64,000 bases of DNA, taken from the NCBI GenBank assembly GCA_963847445.1, contig CAWJZV010000008.1, forward strand, positions 112,432 to 176,431, read 5' to 3'. Both the position numbers and the translations under genes were made by a program. A model generated the notes under the pieces. It did no database searches. It saw nothing but the letters and a program-made list of their open reading frames with translations, and was not told where the DNA came from. Below are positions 33,969 through 44,646 of this stretch, in pieces. The first letter of the stretch is position 1. Each line of letters begins with the position of its first letter. The stretch is from an uncultured delta proteobacterium. Lineage in GTDB: Bacteria > Desulfobacterota > Binatia > UBA9968.

Positions 33969-35184
33969 TTAATGCGTTTCCGGCGCGGTTTCTTTGGTCG
34001 GACGGCCGAGGCCGAGACGACGGGCGAAGATCAACCGGTCGGTGTCTAATGTGCCGCCGCCATGCAATTGGCCGGGGCCAGTGCGCACAGCGTACTCGAA
34101 GTCAATCACTTCGTGCACCGATAAATTCTGCACCAGGGCGTCGGCGCCCATGATCGCCTGCAAGGCGTTCGCCGTTGCGCAGGCGCAACATGCGTTGAAA
34201 ATAGCGCTGTTGGGGGCCGCCGTAGGGATGCGGCTTTTTGGCGAATCGGCACCAGTAGATCAATTGATTGAAGCGGCGCAGGGTGTTCAACTCGATGGTC
34301 ATGTCGGCGACCAGGTCGCGCACGCGTGGATCTTCGATGATTGGTTTGCCGTCGATGTGAGTATTGCGGCAGTACTCGACGACGCGTTCGATCAACGGGT
34401 CGACGGCGATGCGGCCGTCGCCGCCATGTTCCAATTCCAGATGGGTGGTCGCGACCCTCCAGCCGTTGTTCTCGCCGCCGACCAGGTAGTTCGCCGGCAC
34501 ACGCACGTTGTCGAAGAACACCGCGTTCTTGATGCCCATCATCAAGTTCATATGTTGAATCGTGATGCCCGGCAGGTTGGCCGGGATATGCAGCCAGGCG
34601 AGGTTTTCGTGGCGTTTGCCCTGGGAGTTCGTGCACACCAATGTCCAGAGAAAATCCGGCGGCAGATGATGGCCGACCATGACTTTCTGGCCGTTGACGA
34701 CGTAGTGATCGCCGTCGCGGATCGCTTTGGTCTGACAATTGGCGATGTCGCTGCCGCCGTGCGGCTCGGTGAGCACCTGCCAGACGCAGATCTGCGCCTT
34801 GGTGATGGCCGGCAAGAATTCCGCCTTTTGTTCTTCCGTGCCCCAGCGGATCAACACCGGCGCGACGATGCGCGCCAAGGTGTAGAACGTGTGCGAGAGA
34901 TTAAGCCCGTATTTGAACAGCTCGGTTTCCAGCACCATCTGATGATCGACGGTGAGTTCGGCGCCGCCGTATTGTTCGGGAAAAAGCGGGAATAACCAGC
35001 CCTTGGCGCCGAGCTTTTCGGCCAGGCCGCGGCGGAACTGGTACTCGTCGGCATCCTCGCGCGTCGACCAGGAAGCCGACCAACGCAGATGCTCGTTGCC
35101 TTTGAACTGCTCGGCGAGCCAGGCGCCGACTTCTTTGCGAAACTCCACTACGTGGGGTGGATCTGCACTGACATTAAAGTCCAT
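33969..35184 (-). CDS. Acyl-CoA dehydrogenase family subunit (FadE26/29-like), frameshift near 34165
   Basis: PEQYGG, LTEPHGGSDIA, YVVNGQKV, VFFDNVRVP, GGENNGWRVA, HGGGTLDTDRLIFARRLGL. Confidence 0.9.
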
Positions 35185-35273
35185 GGTTCACTCCTTCATC
35201 GCCTGTGGTATGGAATTGGGCGTCTCGCTCTGGGGTTAATGTTGCACGCCAGGCGCTCGACTCCCGAAGAAAT

Positions 35274-36469
35274 TCAAATCACTCCACTTGCCTTAAAATC
35301 CTTAACAGCATTGCGGTCGTAACCCAACTTCGCCAATACTTCTTCGGTGTTTTCTCCAAGCAGCGGCGCGGCGCGAAAAAATTTTGGCGGCGTGCCCGAC
35401 ATATTGATCGGACTGCCGACCAGATTGCTCACGCCCATCTTCGGATGCTCGATTTGTCTGGGAATGCCCAGATGTTTGATCTGCGGATTGTCGAACACTT
35501 CCTGAATCGTGTTGATCGGCGCGTTGGGGATGCTATTAGCGTCGAGGCGCGGCAGCCAATAGTCGCGTCGTTTCCTAACCGAACGCTGCGCGCAGCATGG
35601 CGACGATCTCGTCATGGCGATCGCTGCGTTGCTTGCGCGTGGCGAAGCGCGGGTCGCCGACCCGCTCGTCGAGCTCGCCGGCTTTGAGCAGACCCTCCCA
35701 AGCTTCGTTGTGGCCGGACAAATGCACCATGAACGGTTTCTTATCACAATCGAGCAGGCTGTAAATTCGCCCCTTGGGAAAATTCTCCCGCGACACCGCT
35801 TCGCCGCCGTTCAAGTAATCCGAAACATGGGATTCGATGAAGGCGATGGCGACTTGCAAGAGCGAGACATCGATAAACTGACCAACCCCGGTTTTGGCCC
35901 GCGCCAAAAGCGCTGCCATGATGCCGTGAGCGGCGAAAATGCCGGCCGAGTCGTGAGCCGGAGGGAATCCGCGGCGACTTTCAGTCGTCGAGATCGGTGA
36001 CCAGGCTCATCATGCCGCTGAGCGCCTGGCCGATGGTGTCAAAGCCGGGTTTGTCTCGGTACGGGCCGCTCTGGCCGTAGCCGGAGATCGAGCAGTGGAT
36101 CGGTCCGGATTCAATTTCGCCAGTTCGTCGTAGTCGAGGCCCAGCTGCTGGCGCGTCGGCGGGCGAAAGTTTTCCAAAAAAATTATCCGCCGTGACGAGT
36201 AGCTTGGACAAAATCTCACGGGCTTTTTTGTCGCGCAGGTTGCAGCGTGACGCTCTTTTTATTACGATTGAGCGCGCGGAAACTCGGACCGTAGCCGTCG
36301 TATTTGGGATTGCGCCCGCGGTGGTATGACCGCCCTTGGGCAGCTCGACTTTGATCACTTCACAACCCAGGTCGCCGAGCAAGCTGCCGGCGTGGGCCCG
36401 GCCACATGGCCGCTGACATCGATACAAGTGAATCCTTCGAGAGCGCCGGAGATCATTTATTTTCGCCAA
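35274..36469 (-). CDS. Class III CoA-transferase (CaiB/BaiF), multiple frameshifts
   Basis: LLGDLGCEVIKVE, ENFRP, CSISGYGQSGPY..KPGFD, GQFIDVSL, APLLGENTEEVL spread over several frames. Confidence 0.88.
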
Positions 36470-36493
36470 TTCCTAACAGACGGGTTTTACTAT

Positions 36494-36812
36494 CGTCATT
36501 CCCGCGCACGCGGGAATCCAGGTTGTGTTTTGGGTCACGGGACTGAAACCCTACTATAACGGAGCCGCGCCGACCGACCCGAAATGACGAACGGATATCG
36601 TTTCACTTATCGCAATCAAAAATGGTTTTCCACCTCGGCTGGTGCAAAGGTTCAAACCCAAGGGAGCGTGGGCGTTCTAGCCCCCGTTTAACCAGAGCGG
36701 ACAGGAATGTCCGCGCTCGTCTTTAATTGTTACGACGGTAGTAGGCAGTTTGCAACTATGGCTATCGCGGAGTGCATCCTGAGCAACAGCCGAAGGGCTT
36801 CACCCATCCTAC
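36494..36812. repeat. Cluster of several REP-like palindromes
   Basis: gtcATTCCC-gcgcacgc-GGGAATccag...aaatgac; gcggacaggaatgtccgc hairpin; gggcttcacccatcctac (GTAG-type on the minus strand). Confidence 0.65.
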
Positions 36813-36916
36813 AGGACTTGCGATCTCGGCTTGACTGCGAGCCGCGCGCAGGGTTATAGCTGCCAAGTTCGGCGAATGGGCCGACAATACGTCAACGTTC
36901 GGAGGAGCAAAAATAG

Positions 36917-37323
36917 ATGAACTGGCAAGAAGCACTTCCCCTGTTGCAGGGAAATCATACTGGTGTCGCGGCGACTGTCACGGCGAAAGGCCGTGCACAG
37001 GCGACCATCGTCTCGACTGCGGTGCTGGACGGCAAGGTCAGCATCCGCGCGGCCGCGCACCGTCAAGGCTAAAAACATCGAACGGACGGGCCAGAGCGGC
37101 GATCACGGTCATCAAACTCGAAAACCGCCGTTACGTCACCGTCGAAGGGCCGGCGTCCATCGAACCGTGGCAAGACACCCCGGCGCACATCAAGCGGCTG
37201 AAAGACTTTTACGTTTCGATGGGACGAGCCAAGGGGACTGACGAGGAATTTGCCAAGCAGATGCGCGAGGAGCAGCGCAGCCTGATTCTAGTTACCCCCG
37301 AGCAGCTCTACGGCAGCCTTTGA
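36917..37323 (+). CDS. PPOX-class (pyridoxamine 5'-phosphate oxidase-like, putative F420/FMN-binding) protein, frameshifted
   Basis: GGAGGAG RBS; manual join gives MNWQEALPLLQGNHTGVAATVTAKGRAQATIV...VKAKNIER...RYVTVEGPA...QMREEQRSLILVTPEQLYGSL*; TTGACT-N18-TATAGC upstream. Confidence 0.75.
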
Positions 37324-37422
37324 TCGGGAACCTGGCGAATTTTCCTTTCGCGTCCGCAGGCGTCGGGACGGCAGGCTGGCTTCTACGGTCAAGCCAACCT
37401 GTCGCCGCGCGCAACTTGTGCG

Positions 37423-37575
37423 TCAGTCGCGCAATAGGTATTCGCCCGAAAACTTCACCTGATCACTTTCCGGCAGCGGATGGTAGCGCGCCGCTTGAAC
37501 GTCGCGGAACAGCCGTTCCAGACCGAAATCGCGATAGAAACCCGCCCCTCCGACGATTTCCATCGCCTTGGTACA
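37423..37575 (-). pseudogene. C-terminal remnant of an acyl-CoA dehydrogenase
   Basis: TKAMEIVGGAGFYRDFGLERLFRDVQAARYHPLPESDQVKFSGEYLLRD*; no upstream part. Confidence 0.8.
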
Positions 37576-37806
37576 GGATCGCTGATTAGCGCTTACTGTC
37601 CGGAAATATGGCGGCGCGCGTTCGGGTGTGGTGCCCGACTTGCACGCTGCGCTAGTTCAAATCAACCAGGCATTTCGCGATCGGGGTATGAACCACGCTC
37701 GCGACCAAAGTGGATGTTCAACCCCCTTTGGAAACCCCAGCAATTTTCGTGCCCGCAGCAAGCTGCGGGGAATGTTAGATTCAAAAAAACCGGAGGTGTT
37801 CCCGTG

Positions 37807-38436
37807 ATGACGCTCTATTTCAGTCCTGGCGCCTGTTCTTTGGCTTCGCATATCGGTCTCGAAGAAACCGGCGCGCCCTACGAGGCCAAGCCGATTCTTC
37901 TGGCCAAGGGACAGCAGCGCACCGAAAACTGTCTGAAGATCAACCCGCGCGGGTAAAGTCCCGGCGCTCAGCGTCGACGGCAAGATTCTGGTCGAGAACA
38001 CCGGGATACTCACTTATCTGGCGCGGCGATTTCCGGAAAAGAAGCTGCTGCCCGCCCCGATCCCGCCGAGGAGGGGCGTTGCATCGGCACCATGTGCTGG
38101 TTTTCGAGCGTGGTCCATCCGTCGTACCAGCGCTTCCATCGGCCCGAGCGTTTCGCCGACAGCGAGGTGGCGCATGCCGCGGTCAAGGAAAACGGCCGAA
38201 AGTCGTTCTGGGCCAATCTTCAAGAGATCGACTCGATGATCCAAGCAAACGGCTGGGTCATGGGCAAAGAGTTCACCGCCGTCGATGGCTACGCTCTGGT
38301 TTTTTACGGCTGGGGCGCGCGCAGCGGGTTTCCCATGAAGGACCTCGGTGCCTACACGGCATGGCGGGAGCGCATGATGCAGCGCCCGACGGTTCGGAAA
38401 AGTGTCGAGAGCGAGGAAAGCGTTTCGGCGTCATAG
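37807..38436 (+). CDS. Glutathione S-transferase (beta class), two frameshifts
   Basis: MTLYFSPGACSLASHIGLEE, INPRG/KVPAL, FTAVDGYAL, RMMQRPTV. Confidence 0.92.
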
Positions 38437-38607
38437 TTCGTCATCGAATACTCGCCGCTCGCTTGCGGGAAATAAATCGTTGCGGTGCGTCATCGCAGCG
38501 GAATACGCTCCCGGTTTGCACTTGAGATTGATTCTTATTGATGAGCCCGCTGATTTAGCTTTCATGCTCCCTCGTGGTGGCGCGGCTTGAAGGCGGCATT
38601 ACAACGT

Positions 38608-39072
38608 ATGTCCGAGCACTACGGTAAACATCCGCTCGCAACCGTGCCGGGAGTGTTTGCGCTTGCCCTATGGTCGGGTTACTCGCTTTACGCGGCGCTT
38701 TACTATCCCGATGTCCTTACCTCAATGCTCATTGCCGGTTGCTTCGGCTTGGCCGCCTGCTTGGCTGTGATTTTTAATTTCACCTATTGGCGTTCCACTG
38801 TGTTACTGGCTTCATCTGTTTATTTGGTGCTCTATGTGATCCGAATCGTGCGCATGACGGCGATAGCGAAAGACCTCTCGTTTCTGTCTGCGCTCTCCTT
38901 TTATTACAGCGCCTCGTGGCGCGTGGCTACGGGCGCGTTTGAAGAGAAAGGTTTGGTGGGTGGTTTGACACATGCCTTTTTAGAATTCGCAATGCCCGTG
39001 CTGGTGATCGCTCTTATCTCAGTTATTCTATCAACTTCGCGACGGAAGCTTGTCGTTTCGCGGACCGGCTGA
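38608..39072 (+). CDS. Hypothetical 4-TM membrane protein
   Basis: Four hydrophobic segments; lower GC than neighbours. Confidence 0.6.
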   Translation: MSEHYGKHPLATVPGVFALALWSGYSLYAALYYPDVLTSMLIAGCFGLAACLAVIFNFTYWRSTVLLASSVYLVLYVIRIVRMTAIAKDLSFLSALSFYYSASWRVATGAFEEKGLVGGLTHAFLEFAMPVLVIALISVILSTSRRKLVVSRTG

Positions 39073-39189
39073 TCCAGAGAACCGTGGCGAGAAAAAAGGC
39101 CGGTTAGATTTTCTGGCCATCACGAAACTTTTCTGCTTCTATAGAGACAGTGTCGCACCTCAGCATCGAAGGAAACAGGAGGAAACTAT

Positions 39190-39780
39190 ATGGCCAGGAT
39201 CAAAGGCGTAACGGAAAGTGACGCCAATGATGATGTGCGGCAGATTGTCGAAGAGCAGAAGAAACGTCACGGATTTGTCTCAAACGCTGCGCAGGTGTCC
39301 GCCGTAAGGCCGACAATTCAGAAGGGAGTTCAGGCGCTCGCCCGGGGAATTCAGGATTCAGGACTGATAGCGCAGGAGTTACGCAACCTGGTCTGCGTCA
39401 GGACTGCTCACATCAATGGCTGTCCTTATTGAATTGATAGTAACGCATCCGGGGCGATGCAAAACGGAGCGGCGGGGGAAAGGTCGAGGCGGCATTAGGG
39501 CGATTACAAGAGAAATCCATTGTTTTCCGTGCGCGAGCGGCTGGCGCTGGAGCTGGCCGAGCGAATGACCTACACGGGCAAACGGGTCTCGGATAAGTTT
39601 TTCAATCGTCTCAAGAAGCATTTTAGCGACGAGGAATTAGTCGAATTGGCGGCGGTGATCGCCCTCGAGAACTTTCGCAGCAAGTTCAACCCGGTCTTCG
39701 CCATCGAGGCGAACAATTTCTGCCCTCTGCCCGGAATCAAAGAAGCTGCCGCCGCCGCCACGCGGCGCTTCCGTGAGTGA
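39190..39780 (+). CDS. AhpD/carboxymuconolactone-decarboxylase-like selenoprotein (CxxU)
   Basis: HINGCPY-TGA-IDSN; ORFs 39190-39432 and 39520-39780 are in the same frame; C-terminal half has RERLALELAE, HFSDEELVEL, ALENFRSKFN. Confidence 0.85.
39433..39460 (+). promoter_or_regulatory. Candidate bacterial SECIS element
   Basis: 12 nt after the UGA: stem GCATC / loop CGGGGC / GATGC. Confidence 0.55.
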
Positions 39781-39922
39781 GACGATGCATTTTGCAAATT
39801 GAGACGAGCGATCTCATCGCCATTCGTTGGGCCGCGAAGAACTCGGCTCGCGGGCGAGAACGTTGATTTTCAACGATTGGAGCGTTCACTGACTCTTACG
39901 CCGTTCGACCAGGCAAAGCACC

Positions 39923-40438
39923 ATGTGGGAATATACCGGCCATAGGCGGCCGCCTTTCGCCGCAACACCGGAGTCCGGACAGGAGTCGGTGTGGGATTAT
40001 CCTCGGCCGCCCAAACTTGTTGCAGACCATCGGCGCATCGTCGTGCAATGCGGCGATCTGCCCATCGCCGACTCGCGTGAAACTTATCGCGTCCTGGAGA
40101 CTGCGGGACCGCCGACTTTCTACATTCCGCCCGGAGATGTGCATGCGGAGCTGCTGAAGCCGTTTCCCGGCACGTCGATTTGCGAATGGAAAGGCGCGGC
40201 GCAGTACTGGACATTGGCAACGTCGATAGCGCCGCGAGAAGCGATCGCCTGGAGTTATCCGCGGGCGCAAGCGCCATACGGCGCGATTGCCAATTACTTT
40301 TCCTTCTATCCCGGTCGCGTCGACTGTTGCGTCGATGGCGAGCGCGTGCGCCCGCAGCCAGGTTATTTCTATGGCGGTTGGATAACCAATGAAATTGTCG
40401 GTCCATGGAAAGGGGAGCCGGGGACGGAAGGATGGTAG
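39923..40438 (+). CDS. DUF427 family protein
   Basis: ESVWDYPRPP, VLETAGPPTFYIP, CEWKGAAQY, AWSYP, FYGGWIT. Confidence 0.9.
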   Translation: MWEYTGHRRPPFAATPESGQESVWDYPRPPKLVADHRRIVVQCGDLPIADSRETYRVLETAGPPTFYIPPGDVHAELLKPFPGTSICEWKGAAQYWTLATSIAPREAIAWSYPRAQAPYGAIANYFSFYPGRVDCCVDGERVRPQPGYFYGGWITNEIVGPWKGEPGTEGW

Positions 40439-40833
40439 CTGGCGATGTTCAGGGAAGAGGGCGCAGTTTCGTTTTTCTTCCTTGATAGCTCTTGCGACGG
40501 CAATCGCCGTGGTGCAGGTGCTCACAGCTGCCGAAGAGTTCGGTCATCCGATATGGCACCTCCCGCCAGGCTCCGGATCGGGTGAAGCTCCTACGCCAGG
40601 CTTATGCGAAAGGCGTGAAGGATCCAGAGCTGTTCGCTGAAGCGCAGTTCTCTTGTGGCGATGGATCCCGTCCGGGGGACGATCTCCTAGGAACTGGCGC
40701 GTCGGGTCGTGCAGCAACCGCGCGGTCATCGAACAGATCAAAGACGCCTGCGTTACGAACTAAGCCGGCTCGCAGACGGAGAGGCTTCGATGCAGAGCCT
40801 TAAAACCGTTCGCATCATTAAAGCGAGGGCAGA

Positions 40834-41562
40834 ATGGATCGTGTAAAAATCGGCTTTCTCGGCTCCACGGCGCCGTCGAGCCCGCATCTCGACAGCTTCC
40901 GCCCCTGCGTGCCACAGGACGTCGAGTTCACCTTCGTGCAGGAGGCGGACGCGGGGGATTCCCTTTGGGATGTCAAAGGCAAAACCGAGGGTTTGATTCG
41001 CCAGGCCAACGAGTTGATCGAGCGCCATGGTTGGGATGGCCTGGTGATCAGCGGCGGGCCCAAAGAAGTTCTCAATCCCGGCATGTGGGAACGCCTCTGC
41101 GTCGAGATCAAAGTGCCGGTGGCCACGGCGCTGCGCTCGTCGGCGCTCGCCCTCAGAGCGCTAGGCGCGGGGCGGATCTTGCTGATGACCCCGGTCGACG
41201 ACAAGCTCAAAGACCTTTACCGAGATTATCTTGCCGGGTTTGGTTTCGCCGCAGTCTATCCACCGCAGACCCTGCACAAGCACACCGACGCGCTCAAGCT
41301 CACGCCGCAGGAGGTCGCGCAAATGACGCGCCAAACATTCGCGGCGCACCCAGGGGTCGACGCGATTTATTTCCAAGGCGCCTTGCTCGATCCATTGCCG
41401 ATTTTGGACCAGCTCGAAACCGAGCTCCGGGTGCCGATAGTCGCCAGCAGCCTGGCGCGGATGTGGGATATCCTCTCTCAGCTCGGTCGCAGCTACAAAT
41501 TACCTGGTTACGGCACCCTGCTCGCCGACTGGCCGCCTTTGCCGCGCCTTGAAAAGGTGTGA
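40834..41562 (+). CDS. Maleate isomerase/arylmalonate decarboxylase (Asp/Glu racemase fold) homolog
   Basis: ALRALGAGRILLMTP, DAIYF, LETELRVPIVAS, PGYGTLL. Confidence 0.78.
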   Translation: MDRVKIGFLGSTAPSSPHLDSFRPCVPQDVEFTFVQEADAGDSLWDVKGKTEGLIRQANELIERHGWDGLVISGGPKEVLNPGMWERLCVEIKVPVATALRSSALALRALGAGRILLMTPVDDKLKDLYRDYLAGFGFAAVYPPQTLHKHTDALKLTPQEVAQMTRQTFAAHPGVDAIYFQGALLDPLPILDQLETELRVPIVASSLARMWDILSQLGRSYKLPGYGTLLADWPPLPRLEKV

Positions 41563-41619
41563 TGTTGGTAGTTACAAAACGTTGAGGGAGTAGACCCGAT
41601 TGGCCGGCCGCGAAACAAA

Positions 41620-41651
41620 AGGGGCATCCTGCCCTTCGGCAGGATGCCCCT
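41620..41651. terminator. Intrinsic terminator for the minus-strand SBP gene
   Basis: aggggcatcctgcc-cttc-ggcaggatgcccct perfect stem preceded by an A tract. Confidence 0.8.
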
Positions 41652-41676
41652 GAAATATTCTCAGAGAGAAATCTTG

Positions 41677-42702
41677 TTATTTGCTTTTGTACATCTTCTC
41701 GAAGAAACCCTCGTCGTCGAGTTTCTTGAGCCAAGTGGGGTCGACGATGCGCTCGGCTTTGATCGACGCGACCTTGGGATTTTGCTCGGCGACGTATTTG
41801 ATGACGGTTCGGGTGCCCTCGACGGTCGGATAGGGTTTGCGATCGAGTTCCTCCAAGGCTTCAACGTAAAAGTCCTCGGCGGCTTCGACATTGGACAAGC
41901 GCAGGTTCTTGGCGAGCACTTCCTTGACCGCTTGCTTGTTTTCCTTGTTGAAGACGTACGCATAGCCTTCCACCATGGCCCGAGTGAAGTTCTCGAACAG
42001 CTTCGGATTGGCCGCCATCTGATCCCGGCGCGACGCCAGCACGGTGTTTTGGTAAGGGATCTTCGCCTGATTCATGTTGAGCAACTGGTGATATCCTTTG
42101 CCAATCATGGTTTTGGTGGCAAGCCGCTGCAGCATGGCGGCATCGAGTGCTTTTTGCTCCAGAGCGGCCATGCGTTCGGGGTCGAGGCCGGTTTGCATGA
42201 TAATCACATTGTCGCGCTTGGCCTCGAGGCCGAGATGATCGAGCGCGATCAGGGCCGATACATGGGACGAGCCGCCGAAGCGCGCGGTGCCTAGTCGCTT
42301 GCCTCTGAGATCGGCCGCGGTCTTGATGTTGGTTTGAGTGATCAAGGCAAACGGAGAGGTATTGCTGACGCCGAGAAACATCGAGATATCGACGCCGTTG
42401 GCGATCAAGCTCAAAAGAGCGGCGGGCGCATTGGCGGCGACTTGGATTTCCCCGGCGGCCAACATCTGGCTCACTAGCGCGCCGCCCATGACGAAGATCA
42501 ATTGAACGTCGACGCCGTACTTGTCGAAGATCTTTTTGTCTCTGGCCACCCACAGCGGTGTGTTGTGCGGCGTCGCCGTGGACACCGCGACTTTGAGTTG
42601 CTGGGATTTCGATGTTTGGGCCAGGCTAGGAGCGGCGGTTGCGAGCGCCAAGAGCACGGCAACGAATCCGATCCGAAAAGATTTATAGGTCATATTTTTC
42701 AC
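41677..42702 (-). CDS. ABC substrate-binding protein, SsuA/THI5-like
   Basis: Signal peptide, FDKYGVDVQL, DLRGKRLGTARFGG, IVDPTWLKKLDDEGFF. Confidence 0.9.
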   Translation of the reverse strand: MKNMTYKSFRIGFVAVLLALATAAPSLAQTSKSQQLKVAVSTATPHNTPLWVARDKKIFDKYGVDVQLIFVMGGALVSQMLAAGEIQVAANAPAALLSLIANGVDISMFLGVSNTSPFALITQTNIKTAADLRGKRLGTARFGGSSHVSALIALDHLGLEAKRDNVIIMQTGLDPERMAALEQKALDAAMLQRLATKTMIGKGYHQLLNMNQAKIPYQNTVLASRRDQMAANPKLFENFTRAMVEGYAYVFNKENKQAVKEVLAKNLRLSNVEAAEDFYVEALEELDRKPYPTVEGTRTVIKYVAEQNPKVASIKAERIVDPTWLKKLDDEGFFEKMYKSK

Positions 42703-43028
42703 CTCCGGTTTTTGTGATATCCATCCGCGCTCTGAATCTCAATCGCTTCATCGCCAACAGTGTGGACAGAGGGCCAGATCATTTCTTATGACATGCGGCA
42801 GGGATGACTTATCCTATCGCCTCTCCTGCGACAAGGGGCCCATCCTGCCGCTCCGGTAATCTTTCATCGCCTGGCAATTCCAAATCCTTTGCCGCTAATC
42901 ACCTGTCCCTGTCCGGGGATGTCCATTACCCCGCTGGACTTCGTCTAGCCCTTGGTGCCCTAAAGCGTTACGTTGGATAAGAAGGTAAGGGAAGCTTAAC
43001 AGGTCAGGGAACAGGGAAGGAAGTCGAA

Positions 43029-43241
43029 ATGAATCCTGCCATATTCCGGTTTCTTATTGGGTTATTCCTTTCGTTCATGGGATGCACCGCCGAACCCGAC
43101 CGCATTCTCATGAAAGTACAGGGCGAGGATAATCGCTGCCATATGAAGATCGAGACCTATGGCGATCCGGCCATGCCGACCGAACGCGAGGTTGTCGATT
43201 ATTACGGGCCCTGTGATGAACGGCCTGGTCCCAGGCGTTAA
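43029..43241 (+). CDS. Small putative lipoprotein
   Basis: RBS, lipobox-like FMGC, two further Cys (CHMKI, YYGPCD). Confidence 0.6.
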   Translation: MNPAIFRFLIGLFLSFMGCTAEPDRILMKVQGEDNRCHMKIETYGDPAMPTEREVVDYYGPCDERPGPRR

Positions 43242-43414
43242 TCATGGCGGCGTCAAGTGATCATGTAGCGGAAGCCTGTAGCGTTCTGTTGAACGCCAAT
43301 CGCCACTTTCATCCCGTTAGCAGTCTGCATTGTTTACCTGGTTATTGTAAATCTCGTCCTGCTGGCCAGGATACCTCCCGTTTGCGCAGTTTTCGATTAT
43401 GCTTTGCTCGACGG

Positions 43415-43894
43415 GTGAGGAACTCCTGGCTAAGTTATTTGCTGTCGGCGGCGCTGACAATCTCCTGTAGTGCGCCAACGCCGATTCCGCCGCAGCATGC
43501 AGCAGCTGGCCTCGGCGGCACGTCCTGGCAGTTAGTCAGGTTTCAGGGCGGTAACGACATGCTGCTGACGCCCGACGACCCGGCGAAGTACACGATCGCC
43601 TTCGGCACCGACGGCAGCGTTAGCGCGCGCATCGACTGCAACCGTGGGCGCGGAACCTGGAAATCTTCGGGACCGAACCATCTCCAGTTTGGTCCGCTCG
43701 CGCTCACTCGCGCGACATGCCAGCCCGGCTCCCTCCATGATCGCATAGTCAAGGACTGGGAGTTTGTGCGGTCATACATTTGGCAAGGTAAACGTCTCTT
43801 TGTGGCGCTCATGGCCGATGGTGGCATTTACGAGTTCGAGCCGCTCGGCGGAGCGAATGCACGCCCGCCGGAGCCGGCAACGATAAGATCATAG
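43415..43894 (+). CDS. META/HslJ-domain lipoprotein
   Basis: TISC lipobox, LGGTSWQLV, DCNRGRG, FGPLALTRATC; start codon uncertain. Confidence 0.82.
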   Translation: MRNSWLSYLLSAALTISCSAPTPIPPQHAAAGLGGTSWQLVRFQGGNDMLLTPDDPAKYTIAFGTDGSVSARIDCNRGRGTWKSSGPNHLQFGPLALTRATCQPGSLHDRIVKDWEFVRSYIWQGKRLFVALMADGGIYEFEPLGGANARPPEPATIRS

Positions 43895-43945
43895 CGACGT
43901 TCTACAAGACACTACCGCTGACTTCTCATCCCGCCTCTCAGGGAG

Positions 43946-44272
43946 CTATGTCTGGCGCACTCGCCGCTCCGGGATGTTGTCTCGACGGGCGATAAGCATG
44001 AGCACCCCGAGCAAAACAAGTAGCGTCGGCAATAACACGAACCAGGTCACATGCCATCGATCATGGAGCGCCCAGGCGATACCACTGGCGATCAGAATCG
44101 GCCCAGTGACCACCGAGTTCTTGGTGATTCCATCCATAATCAAGATCGCGATGCCGCCCAGGACAAGCCCCGCGGCGATGATCCAATCGATGTCGGGAAA
44201 CAACCGGTAGTACCAAAGCAACCACGCGCTGCCGACGACAATCAGAGTAATGGGCAATCCGGCATCTCTCAT
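43946..44272 (-). CDS. Small 4-TM membrane protein
   Basis: GGAGG RBS before MRDAGLPITLI; four TM segments. Confidence 0.7.
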   Translation of the reverse strand: MRDAGLPITLIVVGSAWLLWYYRLFPDIDWIIAAGLVLGGIAILIMDGITKNSVVTGPILIASGIAWALHDRWHVTWFVLLPTLLVLLGVLMLIARRDNIPERRVRQT

Positions 44273-44646
44273 GAATCCTCCCAGCCAAACGTTTGACCCA
44301 GAGATCGCCGTGTCGTTAACCGGGCCGAGTGAAAAATACCGGAGTTCATAGGAATCTTCGCAACGGTCGAAACCTTTGCGGAGTTTATTAAAGAGTACGA
44401 ACGCCGTCAACCAGAGGAAAAACCTAGGAAAAACAGGGATACCGGGTTAGCACCATACGGTCGCAGTCGACCCCTTCGAAGCCGGTGGCCTTGACCCGCA
44501 CACCCTTCCTAAGCGCCGCGCTTGACGTTGAAACGAGCGACGGCGAGCAGTCCACTACCGGCTACGGCTAAGTTTGGACGTAGTTCGGTGAATGCGCGTG
44601 GCTCAATCCCATGTGCGCGAGTTGCCGCCCAGGTGCGCCGTGATTG

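Noticed and set aside
37951-37956. In-frame stop in the GST gene as a recoding site
   Set aside because: It is TAA created by an extra G in cgcggg; removing that G restores PRGKVP.
44410-44646. Structured ncRNA or tRNA
   Set aside because: No cloverleaf or recognisable Rfam-type motif by eye; an Infernal scan would be needed.
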